NCBI GenBank assembly: GCA_963666985.2
Contig: CAXXIA010000001.1
Coordinates: forward strand, 640,001 to 704,000
DNA length: 64,000 bases
Direction of reading: 5' to 3'
From: Spirochaetia bacterium
Lineage (GTDB): Bacteria > Spirochaetota > Spirochaetia > DSM-2461
Made by a program: the position numbers and the translations under genes. The notes beneath the pieces are model-generated. The model saw nothing but the letters and a program-made list of their open reading frames with translations. It ran no database searches and was not told where the DNA came from. Positions 59,373 to 64,000 of the stretch are shown here, in pieces. Each line of letters opens with the position of its first letter. Position 1 is the stretch's first letter.

Positions 59373-61082
59373 TTAATCCTCCTCGACGCTTTTCTTACGG
59401 CGCGGCGCTTCTATAATCATCTCGTCGAGTGTCGCCCCGGCGGGAACCATCGGGAATACATTATCATGCCGTTCCACGACCGCTTCGATAAGACAGGGGC
59501 CTTTGTTCCAATCCATGGCGGCTTTCAGGGTTTTTCGGACATCGGAGCTTCGCTTCACTCTGAATCCTTTAATCCCGTAAGCGGAGGCCAGTTTGACGAA
59601 ATCGGGATTTCCCTCAAGATCAACACCGGTCAGACGGTCTTCGAAGAACAAGTGCTGCCATTGACGCACCATGCCGAGATACCTGTTGTTGATAATGAGA
59701 ACTTTGATGGGAAGGTTGTTCACCGCCGCCGTCGCCAATTCGCAGAGAGTCATCTGGAAGCTGCCGTCGCCGACAATGCTGAAAACCGTTGCTTCGGGTC
59801 TGGCAAGCTGAGCGCCGATGGCCGAAGGAAGACCGAAGCCCATGGTTCCGGCACCTCCGGATGTAATCCAGTTGCACCCCTTTGTGGACTTGACGAAGTG
59901 GGCGGCCCACATCTGGTGCTGACCCACGTCGGTGGTGGCGATGGCTTCGGTTCCGGCCATGTCCGCGAGTTCCTCGATAATGTGCTGGGCCCGAAGCTTT
60001 CCTTCTTTACGGTATTTCAGCGGATAGTCGTGCTTCCAGCGGTCGATTTGTTTGAGCCAGCGGCTTGTATCTCCCGCCTCCAGCATGGGCAGCAGCTTGG
60101 TGAGCGAGGCTTTGGCGTCGCCCAGAACGGCGCATTCGACGGGAATGATTTTGCCGATTTCCACCGGATCGATGTCGAAGTGGATTTTTCTGGCATGGGG
60201 ACAGAATTTCTCCGGTATCCCCGTTATCCGATCGTCCCATCTTCCGCCGATGCAGATAATCAGATCGCTTCCCGAAAGAGCTTTGTTCGCATAGGCGGTG
60301 CCGTGCATTCCGGGCATCCCCAGGCAAAGTTCATGGGTATCGGGGAAAGATCCTTTTCCCAGAAGCGTGGTGGTAACAGGAATGGCCATTTTTTCGGCGA
60401 GGGCCGTCAGTTCTTCGGCCGCGTTCGAAAGAATAACGCCGTGGCCCGCCATAATGACCGGCCGAGTCGCCCGTTTCATGAGCGCCGCGGCTTCTTCCAG
60501 AGACTCTTCACTCGCCGTGGGAATGTCGCCGAATCCGGGAAGATTCCGCTTTTTTTCCACCGAAGGGTCAATCAAAGCGGCCGAAATATCTTTGGGAACG
60601 TCGATCAGCACGGGCCCCGGTCTTCCCGATGTGGCGATATGAAGGGCTTCTCTGACGATTCTTCCGGCGTCTTGAGGATCGGTGATCATGTAGGAGTGCT
60701 TCACGGCGGGGAAGGACATGCCGAGAATGTCGGCTTCCTGAAAAGCGTCCAGACCGATATTCGGCGTAACGGCTTGTCCCGTAATCACGATGATCGGAAC
60801 CGAATCCATCATGGCGGTCAGAATCCCGGTGAGTGTGTTCGTGGCGCCCGGGCCCGAAGTAACGCAAACGACTCCCGGCTTACCGCTTGCACGGGCATAT
60901 CCGTCGGCCATATGCACGGCGCCCTGTTCATGTCTGGTGAGGATGAGGTTCAAGGGGTGATTTGTCAGGGCGTCGTAAATGGGGATTGAATTCCCACCCG
61001 GAATGCCGAAGACATGCCGGACACCGTTTTCATAAAGGACATCAAGCATTACTTCGGCCGAGGTTTTCATATTCGCAGGCAT
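59373..61082 (-). CDS. ilvB: Acetolactate synthase large subunit
   Basis: FGIPGG, RHEQGA, TSGPGATN, GMHG, DVGQHQMW, GDGSFQM and NNRYLGMVRQWQ. Start at ATG 61082 after GGAGG. Confidence 0.96.
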   Translation of the reverse strand: MPANMKTSAEVMLDVLYENGVRHVFGIPGGNSIPIYDALTNHPLNLILTRHEQGAVHMADGYARASGKPGVVCVTSGPGATNTLTGILTAMMDSVPIIVITGQAVTPNIGLDAFQEADILGMSFPAVKHSYMITDPQDAGRIVREALHIATSGRPGPVLIDVPKDISAALIDPSVEKKRNLPGFGDIPTASEESLEEAAALMKRATRPVIMAGHGVILSNAAEELTALAEKMAIPVTTTLLGKGSFPDTHELCLGMPGMHGTAYANKALSGSDLIICIGGRWDDRITGIPEKFCPHARKIHFDIDPVEIGKIIPVECAVLGDAKASLTKLLPMLEAGDTSRWLKQIDRWKHDYPLKYRKEGKLRAQHIIEELADMAGTEAIATTDVGQHQMWAAHFVKSTKGCNWITSGGAGTMGFGLPSAIGAQLARPEATVFSIVGDGSFQMTLCELATAAVNNLPIKVLIINNRYLGMVRQWQHLFFEDRLTGVDLEGNPDFVKLASAYGIKGFRVKRSSDVRKTLKAAMDWNKGPCLIEAVVERHDNVFPMVPAGATLDEMIIEAPRRKKSVEED

Positions 61083-61103
61083 GTATTCCTCCAAGTTCCG
61101 CAG

Positions 61104-61132
61104 ATAATAGTGTTATAAAACGGGGCGGTCAA
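61104..61132 (-). promoter_or_regulatory. Sigma70-like promoter of ilvBN
   Basis: TTGACC-N17-TATTAT on the minus strand, ~20 nt before the start. Confidence 0.6.
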
Positions 61133-61336
61133 CAGCGGTGATTGAAATTTGAGCAAAAGATGGTTGGAAAATCAGCTATTTCACTCAAAGTGCGCAAAAT
61201 ATCAAGAAAAAACGGTTCGAGAATCCCGTGAAAGCGGATCAATGATGATTAATATACTTATTAAGGTGCATGAAAACTTCCGGTCCCCTTAACAGGCGAC
61301 GGCCAATGCGATTATAGTGATTTCCGGAGTATTTAA

Positions 61337-62389
61337 ATGCCTCGCGAAATATATAACGTTAATATCGAAAGCCAGATTCCCCTAATAAGTCCGCGCGAAT
61401 TGAAAGAGACTCTTCCCGTGGATGACGAACTGACATCATCCATTGTGTTCCATCGTGATGAAGTGTCCCGCATTCTCAGAAACGAAGACGAACGGTTTCT
61501 GGTTATCGTCGGTCCGTGTTCCATCCATGATCCCGCCGCGGCACTGGATTACGCCCGCCGGCTGAAGTCCTTAAATGATAAGTTTTCCGATTCCATCAGA
61601 ATCCTGATGCGCGTGTATTTTGAGAAGCCGCGAACAAGCCTCGGCTGGAGGGGGCTGATCGTCGATCCTCTTCTGGACGGCTCTTACGATATACAAGAGG
61701 GACTGCGTGAAGCCAGACGGCTTCTTATCGAAATCGGGAAGCTCGGTCTGCCGATGGGGTCCGAAGTCTTGGATCCCATCATACCTCAGTACATCGCGGA
61801 TTTGTTCTCGTGGTCCGCCATCGGAGCACGGACGACCGAATCGCAAACGCATCGGGAAATCGCCAGCGGACTCTCCATGCCGGTGGGATTTAAAAACGGC
61901 ACCGACGGCGATCTGTCCAAGGCCGTGAACGCCATACGCTCCGCTCGGCAGGGACACAGCTTCATCGGTATCGATCAGGAAGGTCAAACCTGTATTTTTA
62001 AAACGCGCGGCAATCGAACCGGCCATATCATTTTACGGGGCGGTTCGGGCGGACCCAATTACTATGAAGAGAACATCGAAAAGGCTGAGGAACTCATAGC
62101 GGACATCGGAGTTCGGCCTTCAATCGTGATAGATTGTTCCCATGCGAACTCCGGCAAGAAGTACAGCAGACAAGCGCGGGTGTTCCGAGCGGCTTTGGAT
62201 TTGAGAAAGCGGGGACATTCATCGGTCAGAGGTGTTATGCTTGAGAGCAATATCGTCGCGGGAAAGCAGGACATCGTCAGCGGTCTTTCCGGTTTGACGT
62301 ATGGGATGTCGGTAACCGATGCTTGCATCGGATGGGATGAAACGGAGGAGCTGATTTCCATGGCGGCGGCGGAGTTCGCCGGAAATTGA
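61337..62389 (+). CDS. 3-deoxy-7-phosphoheptulonate (DAHP) synthase, class I-alpha (AroF/G/H type)
   Basis: VGPCSIHD, MRVYFEKPRT, AIGARTTESQ, VGFKNGTDG, DCSHANS and SVTDACIGW motifs. Confidence 0.95.
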   Translation: MPREIYNVNIESQIPLISPRELKETLPVDDELTSSIVFHRDEVSRILRNEDERFLVIVGPCSIHDPAAALDYARRLKSLNDKFSDSIRILMRVYFEKPRTSLGWRGLIVDPLLDGSYDIQEGLREARRLLIEIGKLGLPMGSEVLDPIIPQYIADLFSWSAIGARTTESQTHREIASGLSMPVGFKNGTDGDLSKAVNAIRSARQGHSFIGIDQEGQTCIFKTRGNRTGHIILRGGSGGPNYYEENIEKAEELIADIGVRPSIVIDCSHANSGKKYSRQARVFRAALDLRKRGHSSVRGVMLESNIVAGKQDIVSGLSGLTYGMSVTDACIGWDETEELISMAAAEFAGN

Positions 62390-63861
62390 GTGCGTATCTG
62401 GAGGATGTGCTTATGACCCGTCGCGACAGGCTCTGCTCGCGATTGGCCGGGCTTCTTAACGGATATCTCGGAGAAAAAGCCTCCTGGTCCGGCGGCAGTG
62501 AGTCGGGAAAAGCCCTGGACGGTTCCCGCGTGTCCTGGTTCCTTACGGCTCATAGAGCGGGAAATCATCTTTCACTTCTGGAAACGGTTACCACCGCCGA
62601 TCAATCCGCGCGGGTTGTCCGGTATTGGCTTTTGGCTCCGAACGATTCGGGCGGATGGATTCTGGAAGCCGCCGAAAAAAATCATGAAGCCCTCGCCGAC
62701 GACTGGATAAACGATGAGCTTGAGGAAGCCGTCGGCAGACTTGAAGATCCTCAAACGGCCCGCTCCTCGCTGGAAGTTCCGAAGGTCCGTGTCATCGCTC
62801 CCGCCGTTCCTTCTCCCAGTTTCGGTTTATGGCCTCGGCGTTTTCGATCCTTTGCCGGATTGGCGTTTTTCGCAGCCGCGTTTCTGATCCTGATGTCCTA
62901 CAGTTCCATGCAGTATCACCGAATGATTCGCCTTGTTCGGGGTATCAACGAATCCATCGGCATATCCTCGACGCGGCAGACCCAAGGCATGAAGAATATG
63001 TCGGAGAAGATGGCCGCCGTCGACAATGAGCTTGAACAGCTTCGCGATGATGTTCAGCGGGAGAGAATGGCGTTTGAGTTCAACCGCAAAAATACAGCCA
63101 TGACTCTCAGGCGGCAATCCGAAGAACTTCCCTGGACCGATTATTCCAGGAAACGCGCTTTCGATTATCTGGCGGACCGTATCGAATCCGCGGGAAGTTA
63201 CAGAGAGATTATTTATCAGCTTTCCAGAATCCCTGAAGACAACGCTCAGGCGGAAACCATTATGGCGATCGACAGGGCGAACATCATTTCTCTCTCCTCT
63301 TACGTTTCCACGGTTCCCGGATTGGATTTCCCGGTTCGGTTCGACGGAGAAACAGCGGACGGAAATGATTTCATGATTTCCAGCGGATATGGAGAACTCC
63401 GTCCTTCGAGCCTGGGTACGGGCGGATATCTGCCGCATATGGCGGTGGATATTATCAACATCAGGAATATTCTAACCGTTACGGCGGAGAACTCCATCGT
63501 CAGATTCCCCGGAGAACCCGGAAGCGCGGTCGCCGCGGAAGAGGGCGTTATTATCGACGTCGGCTACGGAAGTATTTTCGGATGGTACGTTGAAGTCTCC
63601 CATCCTCTCAGGCCCGAGTGGATGGAAAAATATAACGTCATCGATAAACTCAGCACCTTTTATGCTCATCTCGCCGAAAATCCGGGATGGAATATCGGAG
63701 ATGTGGTTCAAAAAAGTGAAAAACTCGGAAAAATCGGCGATACCGGCCGAACCACGGGTCCTCACCTTCACTATGAAGTCCGGGTTTACCGAAAAAGCGG
63801 GGAGTTTGAAAGCAAAAACGGTCGTTTTGATCGTATGAATCCTTATATTCCGGCCGAATAA
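62386..63861 (+). CDS. M23-domain membrane protein (N-terminal domain, TM, coiled coil, M23)
   Basis: TM near residue 155-175, HMAVD, FYAHL, GRTTGPHLHYEV. Start uncertain (62386 or 62413). Confidence 0.82.
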   Translation: MSAYLEDVLMTRRDRLCSRLAGLLNGYLGEKASWSGGSESGKALDGSRVSWFLTAHRAGNHLSLLETVTTADQSARVVRYWLLAPNDSGGWILEAAEKNHEALADDWINDELEEAVGRLEDPQTARSSLEVPKVRVIAPAVPSPSFGLWPRRFRSFAGLAFFAAAFLILMSYSSMQYHRMIRLVRGINESIGISSTRQTQGMKNMSEKMAAVDNELEQLRDDVQRERMAFEFNRKNTAMTLRRQSEELPWTDYSRKRAFDYLADRIESAGSYREIIYQLSRIPEDNAQAETIMAIDRANIISLSSYVSTVPGLDFPVRFDGETADGNDFMISSGYGELRPSSLGTGGYLPHMAVDIINIRNILTVTAENSIVRFPGEPGSAVAAEEGVIIDVGYGSIFGWYVEVSHPLRPEWMEKYNVIDKLSTFYAHLAENPGWNIGDVVQKSEKLGKIGDTGRTTGPHLHYEVRVYRKSGEFESKNGRFDRMNPYIPAE

Positions 63862-63891
63862 AGATAAGGATTCAATTCACCGGACGCCCCA

Positions 63892-63993
63892 AATCATTTC
63901 GACCGTCCAAACCGCGGCGGTTTTTAAGGCTGTGATAAGGCGGTTTTTCTCATTTATCGCTCAGAATCATTTCGACCGCCAAAACCACGGCGG
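63892..63993. repeat. Two imperfect 29-bp direct repeats, 73-bp period
   Basis: AATCATTTCGACCGTCCAAACCGCGGCGG (63892-63920) vs AATCATTTCGACCGCCAAAACCACGGCGG (63965-63993), 26/29 identical. Confidence 0.75.
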
Positions 63994-64000
63994 GACAATA

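Noticed and set aside
59349..60989. 546-aa plus-strand ORF and other long antisense ORFs (e.g. 31234-32337, 50771-51790)
   Set aside because: They are shadows of well-supported genes on the opposite strand and contain no motifs; such ORFs are expected at this GC content.
61083..61336. Leader-peptide attenuator for ilvBN or the DAHP synthase
   Set aside because: The ilvB promoter is ~20 nt from its start, and no Leu/Ile/Val-rich or aromatic-rich leader with a terminator was seen.

Overview
Gene-dense bacterial chromosomal segment of moderate-to-high GC, most consistent with a free-living spirochaete. This taxonomy is inferred from gene and protein style (spirochaete-type FbaA and iPGM, many lipoproteins, FGE-domain lipoprotein, several M23 peptidases), not from a marker search. 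Most of the window is housekeeping or metabolic: fbaA, msrAB, ttcA, hflX, metA, a PcrA/Rep helicase, gpmI, glpK, recQ, manA, rbgA, ilvBN and a DAHP synthase, plus one tRNA-Leu(UAA). Accessory parts are an IrtAB/YbtPQ-like ABC pair and a ~9.7 kb alpha-L-rhamnosidase / sugar-ABC / two-component cluster. Three genes are split by small run-length frameshifts (a TRAP DctP, an M23 peptidase, a YesM-like kinase); these may be assembly errors or real slippage. No integrase, transposase, reverse transcriptase, cas gene or CRISPR array was recognised. The most striking unexplained structure is a ~205-nt element directly after tRNA-Leu. It begins with an antisense copy and ends with a sense copy of the tRNA 3' end, and it folds into a multi-branched RNA. 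Other leads are a 672-aa orphan with GT-A-like motifs, a (GA)5-split sensor kinase, recurrent leaderless-type starts and several structured intergenic regions. All calls come from reading motifs by eye; no database searches were run.
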